Shown here in pieces: positions 44,000-57,188 of a DNA stretch of 64,000 nucleotides. A model generated the notes under the pieces. It did no database searches and was not told the DNA's origin. It saw only the letters and a program-made list of their open reading frames with translations. Location: positions 806,001 through 870,000 of the forward strand of contig JANHCV010000009.1 in assembly GCA_025594325.1 (NCBI GenBank). The letters run 5' to 3'. The position numbers and the translations under genes were made by a program. This DNA comes from Blastocladiella emersonii ATCC 22665. Lineage: Eukaryota > Fungi > Blastocladiomycota. Position 1 is the first letter of the stretch, and the number at the start of each line of letters is the position of its first letter.

Positions 44000-46900
44000 T
44001 CAATACGTGATGGCACCGCTCGTGATCAGGTCGACGAGGTACTCGATCGACACAATCTCGCCCTTGATGTCCTGCCCGCCGACGTGCAGCTCGCGCACCA
44101 CCGCCACCATGAACGCCTGCGTCATGTCCTCGAACTGCAGGATCACGTTGCTACACAAACGTCGGGTCAGTCTTGCTGCCTCACTTCGCACCACCACGCG
44201 TAACGTACTCCTGGTCGCGAATCGCCCGCGCCGCCTGCCCGTACGGGGAGATGACCGAGATGAGCACCTCGTTCGAGACCCCCGCGGGGATGTCGCGGAA
44301 CACCACGTACTTGAGCCGCTCGCTCTCGAGCGCCACGGGGTCGCTGAGGATCGCCGGCGGGCTCGGCGCGCGCACGGGTTCGGGCACCGGCACGGCCGCG
44401 GACTCGACCTCGGCCTTGACCGTCGCCGCCTCGGGCATCGGCTCCTCGACGGGCTGCTGCGACCCGCCACTGCCGCCGCCGAGCGTGAGCAGCGCCTCGG
44501 CCGTGTCCATGGGGCTGCCGGCGGCAGCGACACCGTCGCCGGCCGCGGCGACCGCGGGCGCACCAGACGATGTTGGCGCGGCGGAAGTCGAAGAAGCCGG
44601 AGTGTCGAGCTCGGCCGTCGCCATGGCCGCGAGACTCGCGAGACTCGGCGGCTCGGCGGCCGCGTCGGCCGCGGGCTTGGCCGTTGCCACCGCCGCATGC
44701 TCGGCGGCCGGGCTCTTCATGACGACCTCGGCGCTGGCCTCGCCCGCCGCCTCCTCGCCACCGGACGGCGTGGCCGGGGCCTCGGCGTCGGGCAGCTCGC
44801 CGGCCTCGAGGTCCGAGTCGTCGACGGCGGCAGCGGGCGCGGAGGACGCGAACGCGGACGCCGTGGTCTCGGAAGCGGGGTCCGACGACGCGGGCTTGGT
44901 GGGCGCGGCGGACGCCTTAGCCGCGGCCGCCTGCGCGGCCGCCTTGGCCGCCGTGATGGCGCTGACGGCGGGCGCGGCGCCGACAAACTGCTTGCGGACG
45001 GGGCCGAGCGGGAACACGCGCGGGTTCTGGATCGGGGAGTCGAGCGGGAGGCTGGGCGTCGAGCTACCGCCCATCCCGCCGTTCGCGGCTGCGGCGGCCG
45101 CGAGACTCGCTGCCGAGGGACCGGCGGCCATAGCCGCAGCGATGGCCGCCGCCGAGGCGGGGGTCGGGATCGCGCTGGACGCGCCGGGCGACGAGAAGAC
45201 GGACGGTCCGTCGCGGTCGCGGCCGCCGGGTGCGCCGGGCCAGCCGGGCGTGGACCAGTTGAACCGTGCGTACGGCGAGGTGAAGTCGGACCGGGTCGCG
45301 CCGCCGCCGCCCGTGGCGGCGTTGATGAGGGCCATGGACCCGGAGGGCCCCGCGGCGATGGCCTTGGTGAGGGAGACGCCGGCGAGGCACGCCTCGAGGA
45401 GGTCGGGGCGGGAGCAGAACACGTCGACGTTCGGGATGCGCTGGACCTTGAGCAGCGACCCGTGGAAGTCGTACCCCTCGAGGTCCTCGGCGCGCAGCGA
45501 CGGGTCGTCGGCCATGGAGATGAACGCGTAGCACTGGCGGTCGTGGCGGCGGAAGTGCCAGTCGACGTAGTGCACGTAGCCCTTGGTCGCAAACACCTGG
45601 CGCAGGAGGGCGACGCGCGGGCCCGTGGGCGGGATGTTGGTGACGATGAACACGACGGGCGCGCGCACCGCCACAAACTCCATGTCCTGGACGTCGAGCG
45701 CCTCGATGGCGAGCGGGCGGCCGTCGAGGATCACGCCGCGCAGACCCATCATGCGGCGCGTCGACTGCGAGTTGCGCACCAGGTCGAGGATCGCCGACGC
45801 CGTGCGCTCGGTGCGGATCTCGGGCATCTCCCAGTGCAGGAACTTGACCTCGCCCGCCTGGCTGAACAGCCCGCGCAGCGTCTGCGAGTACGTCTTGGAC
45901 GCCGGGATGTTGGAGATGCGGAACCGCGCAATGTGCGCCGCGTTGAACCGCGCCGACGCGTTGGGCGACGGCGCCCGCGGCGCGCCGTACATGATGGGCG
46001 CCGGGCCGCCGGGCCCACCACCGCCGTGGCCGCCGTGCACGCTGTGCGTGGGGCTCATGACGGGACCCGCCATGCCGCCGCCGCCGCCCATGGGACCCAT
46101 ACCCGCGTGCGGCGAGCCCGGGTGCGCGTGCGGGTACCCGTGCGGGACGTGCGGGTGGCCGTGCGGGTTGTGCTGCGCGAACGGGTAGATTTGCTGGTGG
46201 AGCTGGTGGTTCGGGGCGGCGTGCGGGGGTCCGTGCTGCGGGTGGCCGTGGCGGCCGCGGTCGTACTCGTCGCCGGCCTCGCTGGCCGCGTACTCGCCGC
46301 CGTACCGACGCTGGCGGTCCTCGCGCGTCTCGCGCACCTCCTCCGAGTACTTGGCCGCGCGCTCCAGGCCCTTGAGCGACTCCTCGCGGATCGCCACCTC
46401 CTCCATGGGCTTGTACAGCTACAAATCCCGCGAGAGGTCAGCGGTGCTCGGACGAGGACGGTCGAGCGAGAGAAGCGTACCCGAAGCACCTTGCCGTAAA
46501 AGGTGCGCTCACGCAGCATGCGGGCGCGCTCACCGTGGGTGTGGTTCGGGTCGCGGACCTCGACAAAGGCAAAGTTCATCATGTAGGCGGGGTCGTCGGG
46601 GTCCTTGTTCCAGCGGCAGTAGGTCACGTTGAGGCCGACGGCGCGGAAAAAGTCGCCGAGCCGGTGGCGGTACTCGGCGTCGTCGGGCAGGTTCTTGACG
46701 CAGTACACGTGGGTGCCGTTGGGCTCGCGCTCGCGCTAAGTGGGGAGCGAGTTGGTCAGCTTGAGAGCACGAATTTCGGACAAAAAAAAAGACGTACGGT
46801 GCCGGTCAGGTACACGTCGAGGTCATCGTAGCGCAACCGCTTGTGGCCGGCGTCGTCGGCGTGGCCGAGCTCGGACCCGGCGCGCTTGAGCCCCGTCGAG

Positions 46901-47620
46901 TAGCCGGGCGGCGGCGGCGGCGGGAGGTTGCCCGAGGACGAGTTTGCGCTGGGCGAGTGGAGCGAGCCCCAGGCCCCGGGGTACGCCGCCGCCGACGAGT
47001 TGGCGCCGGCACCGGCGGGGCCCGTGGCGGTGCTGCTCGAGGCGACCGACGGCGGGCCAGCGACGCGCGGGAACATGCCGAGCGACTGCGACGTGAAGGC
47101 GTTGGCGGCGGACACGGCGCCCGTCGACTTGGGGGTATCGGTGCCCGCGGCGGCGGCGGCGGGGTTGGAGGCAGTCGGTGCCGTGGCGGGGCGAGCGGCA
47201 GCAGCGGGGGCGGTAGGGTCCACGGCCATTTCGTCGTCGGCCGACGTCGGGGTCGCGTCAATGATCACGTCGTCGTTCGAGGCGGGCGCCATGGGCTCGG
47301 TCTTGATGACGACGGGCGCGGCGGCGGCAGCCGCAGCGGGGCGCGCGGGGCGCGACGGGACGGGCGAGTTGGCGGGGAGGGTGCGGGCGACGGCGCCAGC
47401 GGCGCGGATCTGCTCCTCGAGCAGCTGCGGCAGGCGCATGGCGAAGCGGATCAGGGTGAGCGAGGCGGGGCGCAGCGGCAGCGGCGACACGAGAGCGCTG
47501 ACGAGCGGCATGGTCCCGCCGGCGCTGTCGAACCACGGGCTGTCGATCTCGAAGGTCGGCGGGTCCGTGCCCGGGACGTGCCGGATCCGGAGATTGATGG
47601 AGTACTGCGGGGTGGAGGAG
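44000..47620 (-). CDS. Large multi-exon RNA-binding protein with four divergent RRMs and low-complexity linkers (5' end uncertain)
   Basis: RRM-like segments YCVKNLP..FAFVEV, FRISNIP, FIVTNIP..YAFISM, YVVFRDIP..VILQF; several GT-AG introns. Confidence 0.6.
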
Positions 47621-48403
47621 GGTGAGGGTTAGTGTCGTTACATCGTGCGCTGCGAGGAGCAAGGGCGGTTTCAGGGGCGGAATGCATGGAGCACAAATCA
47701 GCAGGTGAAGTGGGTGGGCAAGCGGCGGCGGCAGCAGCGGGCACCACCGGAGCCGCGGAGCGCAAGCGCATCAGCGTCCACCAGGGCGTCCGCGCACGCG
47801 CGCACGCTTGCCCACGGGCGGCAGCAGCAGGTCGCCGAGTCCCGCCAGCTGCCCGCCGCGTCCGTCGTCAATCCATCGCGCTGGCCGGCGCGCGAACCGG
47901 CCAGCATCATTCGAATCCATCGTGCGGGGGCGAGCCGCCACCGCCGTCGTCGCCGTCGCCGTCGCCGCGCGCGCTCCATGCATGGGAGTTGGGGTGGGAG
48001 GGCGGGAATACATTGGCTTACATGCCTCGGGCTCTTGCATCGAGTCAAGGTGATCTTATCCGTGGTGTCCGGTCGGTCCGAGGGGCGCTCGAGCGGGACA
48101 GCGGGAGGGAACGAGGGGAGAAGAGGAGGCTGAGGAGAGAGAGACGCGTGCGGCGGGAGCGGGAGCGGCGCGCGGCGCGGCCGGCCGAGGGAACGCTCTC
48201 TCCCGGCGCAACGGGTGGGAACCCGCCCGACACGGCCGCGCAAGCCCCGTCTCGCACCATCAGCTGACGCCACGTGGCGTGCTCGCGACGCGTTTCTCTT
48301 CTCCGGGTCGCTCGCGGAGGCTCAAAGCAGCATGAAAACGGTCAAATTCACAGCGTGGGATACGGGAGCCACCAGGGTCCCGAGCGGGCCGGCGCCACGG
48401 CGC

Positions 48404-50213
<1,810 letters not shown>

Positions 50214-50256
50214 TCTGTTGGGTCGAAAAGATTGACTATCACATACATGCTCCTTA

Positions 50257-50311
50257 TTTGTCTCGTTCATCTGTCTCGTTCATTTGTCTCGTTCATTTGT
50301 CTCGTTCATTT
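50257..50311. repeat. 13-bp tandem repeat x4
   Basis: TTTGTCTCGTTCA-type unit, four copies, one with a substitution. Confidence 0.85.
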
Positions 50312-50453
50312 GAGCCGACCTTCGCGGACCTGGCGCGTCAAACCTCCCGCCACGTGAGCGGCGCATCGCGTCTTGCTACGGAGCATAATGTAGTCCGAGT
50401 TAGAGAGATCTAGCAACGCCGCTTGTATGCACAAAACCGATCTCGACATTTCA

Positions 50454-53400
50454 TTAAAGCTCCTCAATCCGCGAGTCCACGTCCTCGTCCACGCCACTCG
50501 CCGCGCGCGCTGCGGCCGCGGCTGCCGCGCCCTGGGTGTGGGGCGGCACGACCGCGACCTGCTGGGCGGCGGGCATGTCCATGGCGGGCTTCCAGCTCTC
50601 GTCCCTGTCCTGGGTCGGGTACAGCTGGACGACCGAGCACCGCGTGAGCTTGGGCTTGAGCTGCTTGAAGAAGGCGGTGTCGAACCCGTGCTCGTTCGGC
50701 ACGTCCTCGCACGGCGCCGACTTGGCGGCGGAGCGGAGGTACTCGAAGATGTCGGTCATGAACGGCTCGGGTTTGCGGAGCCGGTGCACGATGCTGCGGC
50801 CCGCGCTGTGGCGCACCGTGCACTTGGTCGCGATCTGCGCGAGGAGGCGCGCGGTCGCGGGGTCGGCGCGGCGGTTGCTGTGGTGCTCCGGGCTCAGGAT
50901 GTAGCTGCAGTCGAGGACGGGCGTGTACCCGCGCGACGCGTCGGCGGGCGGGATCACGGACAGGCGGTTGAACAGGATCACGGCGGCGATCTTGCCCGAC
51001 TCGGCGGTGACCAGCTCGAGGACGCGGGTGCCCGACCACACGGCCTCGAAGAGCGAGCCGACCGCGGTCATCACGTTGAGCGTCTGCATGAGGGCAAAGT
51101 GGGCGCCCTTCGGCGCCCGCTTGGCCATGTCGCTGATAGCCTGCGAGGTTTCGACGGACCCGACGCGCAGGACCGTGTCGATGCCCGCGTACTGCGCCGA
51201 CGTGACGCCGAGGTTGTTGGGCTTGTACACGTCCGAGTAGTCGGCGACGTTGGCGATGAGCGGCCAGACGCTGAACATGGGCGAGACGGGCGCGAGGTAC
51301 CGGTGCATGACGAGCTGGACGCGGTTGTGCGGGTGCACGGCGAGCGCGTTGATCTCCTTGAGCAGCGCGGGCCCGCACGGCATCTGGAACGCCTGGACCT
51401 TCTTCTTGCTGCCGGTGCCGTACTCGACCATGATGGCGCCGACGCTCTTCTGCCGCGTCGCGAGGTCGCACCCCTTGAGCGAGTCGATGTCGCTGATGCG
51501 GGCGCGCGGGATCGCGAGAACGATGTGGATCTCGTCCTTGTGCTCGGCCGCATGCACCACGGGCAGGTCGCGGTGCGGGCTGAGCACCGTCGGCTGCGAC
51601 GGCGACGGCGCGTTGAACCGCGTCACGTTCGGGAAGTAGACGATGCCCGAGTACACGCCGGCGCGCGCGTTGACGGGGACCAGCTCGGTCGCGATCGACG
51701 CGAGCACGACGGGCGTGTTGGCGCCGCGCGGCAGCGACTGGTGCAGGCCGCACACGAACCGGACGCGCGGGCAGCTCGCCGTCGGCAAAGTCCTCGACGA
51801 TGTACTGCGGGACGTAGGTCGCGACGCGGAGCTGTTTGCCGTCGTTGATCGCCTTGGTCGTGAAGCTGCGGAACTGGTGCACGATCCCGCCGTGGTTGAT
51901 CTCGAGCACCATGAGCGAGAGCGGCGCCGCGGTGCGCGCGGCGTCGAGAGCGGCCGTGTCGAGCTTGCCCTCGATGCGGCACACGTCCGTCGCGTACCCG
52001 ACGCCGTCGGCGACGGGGAACCCGTACAGCATGCCCTGCGCCTGCAGTTCAGCGAAGCTCGAGGTCACGACCGCGCTGTCGCGCAGCGCGTCCCACAGCT
52101 CGGGCATCGCGGGCCACGGGGCGGACATGAGGAAGTCGGCGCCGGTCCACGTCAGGCGACTCGAGGCCAGGGCAAAGCCGATCAGCTTGATGAGCAGCGC
52201 CGCAGTCGCGTGCGAGCCGGCTATAGTCGTATCACCTGTTAGTACAGACTCGAGCTCGTAGATCAAGTCAGGATTGCAGCGTACCGTGACGGCCAGCCAT
52301 AGCAACCGAGTCGGGCCCGAGAAGCAGCTCGGCGCACCGGACGAGCGCGTTGATGAGGAACGGCGACTCGCGCAGAGCGATCGGGACCGTGGGCGCCGCG
52401 AGCTTGTAGAAGGTAAACTCCTGGCGGCCCTTGGCGCTGCCCTCGCGGATGCTCATGGTCTGCTCGGCGCACCACGCGAACTGCGTCGTGTGCGTCGACC
52501 AGTGGTCGTGGTGCGGGCGGTCGTACAGGTTGACGCCGAGGAGCGTCGGCAGGACCTCGAGCGGCAGGCCCATGGTGCGGTGCAGGAACGCAAGGCGGGT
52601 CTTGGCGATGGACGTCATGTGCGAGGTCGCGGTGCAGATCAGCGAGCGCTCCGAGTCCCAATTGGTGGTGAGCAGCGGCGACGCGTGGACGAGAACGTTG
52701 AGCATGCCGCACGAGTCAATGATCGAGCCCGTCTGCACGACGTTAAACCACAGCGGAAGCACGCGGTCCGTCTCGATGGCCGCGTAGCTGGTCTGGCCCG
52801 CGGTCTGCATCGCGACCAGGTTCTCCATGACCGACAGCGGGTGGCCGCCGATCACGCCGATGCGGCACCGGAATTGCGCGCGCGGCGGCGGCAGCGGCAG
52901 CTTGGGCCACGCGGCGACGGGCGGGTAGGTCCCCGAGAGGGGCGTCGCGGTGGCACCCGACCCGAACACGTCGACGAGCGTGAGGACCCAGCGCTCGAGG
53001 TCGCGCGTCATGAAGCCGCGGAAGTCCTCGAACGGATCGAGGTGGAACGCGTCGAGCGGCGTCATGCCGAGCGGGCTAGTGAAGCGGACGTTGCCGGGCT
53101 CGCCGCCGGGGACGGTGACGAGCATGGTCGGGTTGATCGCCAGCGCCGTGGGCTTGGGGACGCCGCCGTAGTCGGGAAAGAACACGACGTCGGCGATGGC
53201 CGCTTGCAGGTCGCGCTCGAGGTTTGGGGGATCGCCGTTGCGGTGCAGCTTGGACCCGTTTTCGTTCAAAAGGCGGTGCAGGACCCTGTTGAAGGCAGTG
53301 TAGGCGTGCAGCTGGATGCCGGGGCCACCCTTGGCGTGCACGGTCGAGTAGAAGCCGTTGCGCTCACAGGAAAACTTGACGGGCGATCAGGTAACGGCGA

Positions 53401-54046
53401 GCCACGACTCCCAGCACGCGCGGACGCCGCGGCGCGTCGAGTCGTCGAGGATGCGGACCTGGGCGTCGGGCGCGGTCCAGTCGGCGGCAAGGCACGCGCG
53501 CATGTGGGTGGTCCAGAACCCGCGCGTCGCCGGGTCGAGGAACTGCGAGTAGGCGAGCTGGCCGATGTGCCGCGTCAGCGCCGTGACGGCGGCGCGGTCG
53601 GCGAGCTCGGTCTGCGCCACGGCGTGCAGCATGAGCAGATTGCGCGCGAGCACCTCGAAGTGCGTGTCGCTCAGCACAAAGTCGAGGTTGGCGGTGCCGT
53701 ACTTGCGCTTGGCCTCGCCGACCGTGTGTGCCACGTCGCGCAGGTCGCCGCACTCGAAGACGAACGCGCCGAGCCGCTTGTTCTCGCGCGGGTTGTGGAA
53801 GACGAACAGATCGCGCGCGAACGACCGGCCGAATGGCAGGTACGGGTCCGTCTCGCCGTCGAGCGCAAGCGTCGCGCTCGTCTGCGTCGCCGGCGGCATG
53901 TCGGTCGAGGGGGCGGGCGGCTGCATGACCGAGGGCGACGGGGACGGCGAGGGCGACGGATCGTCGTGGGCGGCAGCAGGAGCGGCGGCGGCCCCGCGGG
54001 GCGCCTCGCGCGAAGTCTTGGACGACTTTCCCTTCTTCTGCTTCAT
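50454..54046 (-). pseudogene. DUF4470-domain protein, disrupted by one in-frame TGA and one frameshift; intron 52236-52284
   Basis: FECGDLRDV..LDFVLSDTHFEVLARNLLML is the DUF4470-type pattern. TGA at 53387-53389 is in frame with the next ORF; frameshift near 51770. Confidence 0.62.
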
Positions 54047-54619
54047 GATCGTGCGATTCGCTAACTGAGCAAGGAGAGAGAGAGAGAACTTTGACGGACG
54101 TCGACCTGTCACGCGACGTTGACCGCGCGCCGGAGCATTTGCCGTCACACAGCCTTCGGCTGGCACCGGCGCAGGGCTTTGCCCTTTCGCCCTTGCCTTT
54201 GGCCGTCCTCGCCTCGCGTTCGCTTCCCCTCTTCAGCGTTCATGAGTGTAAGTCGGCGATGAACACCTTTTCAGTTGCGCACACTTTTCTGATTCCGGCT
54301 CGCATCCTCGGGAAAATACTTGCGAGATAGACGCGTTACCTGCGTCCAAGTTGACCACGTTGCGCAGCGCGTGCACCTCCTGGCGCATCAGCGAGCGCTT
54401 GCCGATCTTGACCTCACCCGCGGACGCAAGCACGCTGATGTGCAGGTTGCGCGTGATCGCGAGGTCGATGAAGCGTTGTTGTAGCCAGACAGCGTCGCCG
54501 TCGCCTCGTTAGGTTGGTAATCAACGCCGCAGCCGCTCATGTTCATGATCCTGCAGAACGCACAGTGCACGGGCGGCACCGACGGCAACGCGTGCATCGT
54601 CCGCGTTATTGTCGGCAGC

Positions 54620-55770
54620 CAGCGCCGCCTCGTTGGATTGAAGTTCAGCGTCGCCTCGTTGCGTCGATAAAAGCGTCGCCGTGTTGGGCTGAAGACCAGC
54701 GTCGCCTCGTTGCGTTGATGATCAGCGTTACCCTGTCGAGTTGGTGGCCAGCGTCGCCTCGTCGCGTCTATGATCAGGTTTGCCTTGTTGGGTTGATAAC
54801 CAGCGTCGCCTTGTTGCGTAGATGACCAGCGTCGCCTCGTTGCATCCATGACCAGCGTCGTCTTGTTGGGTTGATGCCAGCGTCACCTTGTCGAGTTGAT
54901 AGTCAGCGTTGCCTTGTTGTGCTGGCGACCAGCGTCGCATTGCTGCGTTGATGTCCAACGTCGCCTCGTTCCGTGAATGTCTAGCGTCGCCTCGTTACGT
55001 CAATGTTCATCGCCACCTCGTTACTTCAATGTTCAGCGTCGCCTCTGTTACGCGTCGTTCATGCGGTGGTGATCGGGGCGATCGTCCACCTGATCTCGCG
55101 TGTTCTCGCCCGCAACCGCCTCTTCCGCCCCGCCGCGACCCCGCGGCGGCGCTCCCGCTTTTGTCATCAGCTCTCCCTCACCCAGCCCTGGTTCGGGGCC
55201 GAGGCAGGAATACACAACCCTGACTAGCTGTATCGTGTCTCCTCGAGTCCCCTCCTTCGCCACTCAACAGCCTCCTTGCGTTGATGACCATCGTTGCCTC
55301 GTTAAGTTGCGGATCAACGTTGCCTTGTTGCGTTGATAGTCAGCGTCGCCTCCTTACGTCAATGTTCAGCGTCGCCTCGTTGGGTCGTGATCAGCGTCGC
55401 CTTGTTCCATTGATGATCAGCGTCGGCTCGTTGCATCGATGACCAGCGTCGGCTCGTTGCATCGATGACCAGCGTCGGCTCGTTGCATCGATGACCAGCG
55501 TCGGCTCGTTGCATCGATGACCAGCGTTGGCTCGTTGCATCGATGACCAGCGTCGGCTCGTTGCATCGATGACCAGCGTCGGCTCGTTGCATCGATGACC
55601 AGCGTGGGCTCGTTGCATCGATGACCAGCGTCGCCTCGTTAAGTTGAAGTTCAGCGTCGCCTCGTTGCGTCGTGATCAGCGTCGCCTTGTTGAGTTTGTG
55701 GTCAGCGTCGCCTTGTTGCATCCATGACCAGCGTCGCCTCTTGCGTTGATCATCAGCGTCGCCTTGCCGC
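54620..55770. repeat. 26-27-bp minisatellite (core CAGCGTCGCCTCGTTG), with a homogeneous block of 8 x 26 bp at 55415-55622
   Basis: GACCAGCGTCGGCTCGTTGCATCGAT x8 plus many degenerate units; non-repeat gap at about 55050-55270. Confidence 0.92.
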
Positions 55771-56249
55771 GCAGCACTAATTGGAGCCAAGAGGAGGATT
55801 GAGTGCTGCGCTTGAGAGTCAACAAGCAAACAAGGTGAGTTAGCTCGGGTTACGCTCAGATTGTCATTGCGAAAGTATTGCGTTCCTGTCGAGTTTCTGC
55901 CCCAGCATATGGTTGCTCATCTCCATCGCGACACGATCAAGGCAAGGATCAGGGGCTGCGACTCAACTCAGCCGCGCTGCTGCTGCTGTTGCCGCATAAC
56001 ATGCTGCGCAGAGCGACAGTGACAAGGTAACACGTAAGGTGAACCGCCGCCTTGGCTCAGCTGCAAAGTTCACTTTGTAAGGAAGCTAAATGAGGTACAG
56101 TCGCCAACTTGGCGCGGATGCGGCTGAAGTCGCACAGCAACCAAGAATCGTCATTGAAACATTAAGTAGCAACAACAGAGTACATATTTGTTGCGGGTTG
56201 ACTTTTGTCAAGCGAGGGCGCGCGAGGGAGAAAGGGCGAGGGGACGCGT

Positions 56250-56791
56250 TCAGCCACTCACGTGACATGATGAGGCAAGCCCAAATGTGACGATCAACGC
56301 CAGACCCGGTGGCGGAGCAGGCGGAGGTACGGTTGCAGATGCGGTAGGCGGAGGTGCAGGACCAGAAGCCGAAAGCGAGCTGGGTGCGACCGTTGAGGAC
56401 GAGGTGGTTGAAGGAGGTGCAGCGCTTACATGCGCGTTGAACGGTGGCACGCGCGCTGGAAGTTCAGAGCGGTCGTTGGATTGTTGTTGATGAGGGCGAG
56501 GCGTAGAGCTGAGAGAGAGGACGGGTCGCGCTAAACTGCGGTGGTCAGCGACAGCGAAGCGAGCAGTCCATGGTATGCGTCGATCAGCTCATGGAGCTTC
56601 TTTCTGACAGACTCAGGGGCGCGTGTATGAGCAGAATGTTGAGCGGGCCAGGCGGCAGCGTGTCGAGCGGCAGCAGCGCGGTGGCCGTGCGACGCGAAGG
56701 TGGCGTAGTTGCTCGAGTCGAGGCACAGCCAGTCGACGAGGCGGTCACACTCCTCCGCAGTCCACCTTGTCCGACTGTCGCGTTGCGGCAT
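56250..56791 (-). pseudogene. Myb/SANT-like (trihelix-type) ORF, copy in element B
   Basis: RWTAEECDRLVDWL..NYATF..RAPESVRKKLHELIDAY; TAG at 56531-56533. Confidence 0.55.
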
Positions 56792-57188
56792 GTTACAGCC
56801 GCTCAAATTTTCGTTTCGTGGAGGAGAAGCGGAGGGCGCTCGGGCGCCCGACCTGAAGTCGCGAGCAAGCCGCAAAACGCGTTCAGCCACAGTCACGTGA
56901 CATGTATGACTTGATGAAACCAAGTGAAATCCGCCAAAAGCACGTGACTCAGGACAGAGACGCGAAGGGGTCATTTGCCGTCACACAGCCTTCGGCTGGC
57001 ACCGGCGCAGGGCTTTGCCCTTCGCCCTTGCCCTTGCCCATCGTCGCCCAACGCTCCCACTCGCTCGCTCAGTTCTCGTTGTTTTTGAGCTCGAGCTCAC
57101 TCAAACTCCATGCAAACTATTTAAGAATGAACACAGACGCGATATTTATGTTTGAGAAAGAAAACTACAGGCCGACGCGACCGATACT

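Noticed and set aside
55415-55622. CRISPR-like array or repeat protein (26-bp units)
   Set aside because: No unique spacers; the unit length is not a multiple of 3, so it is not a coding repeat.
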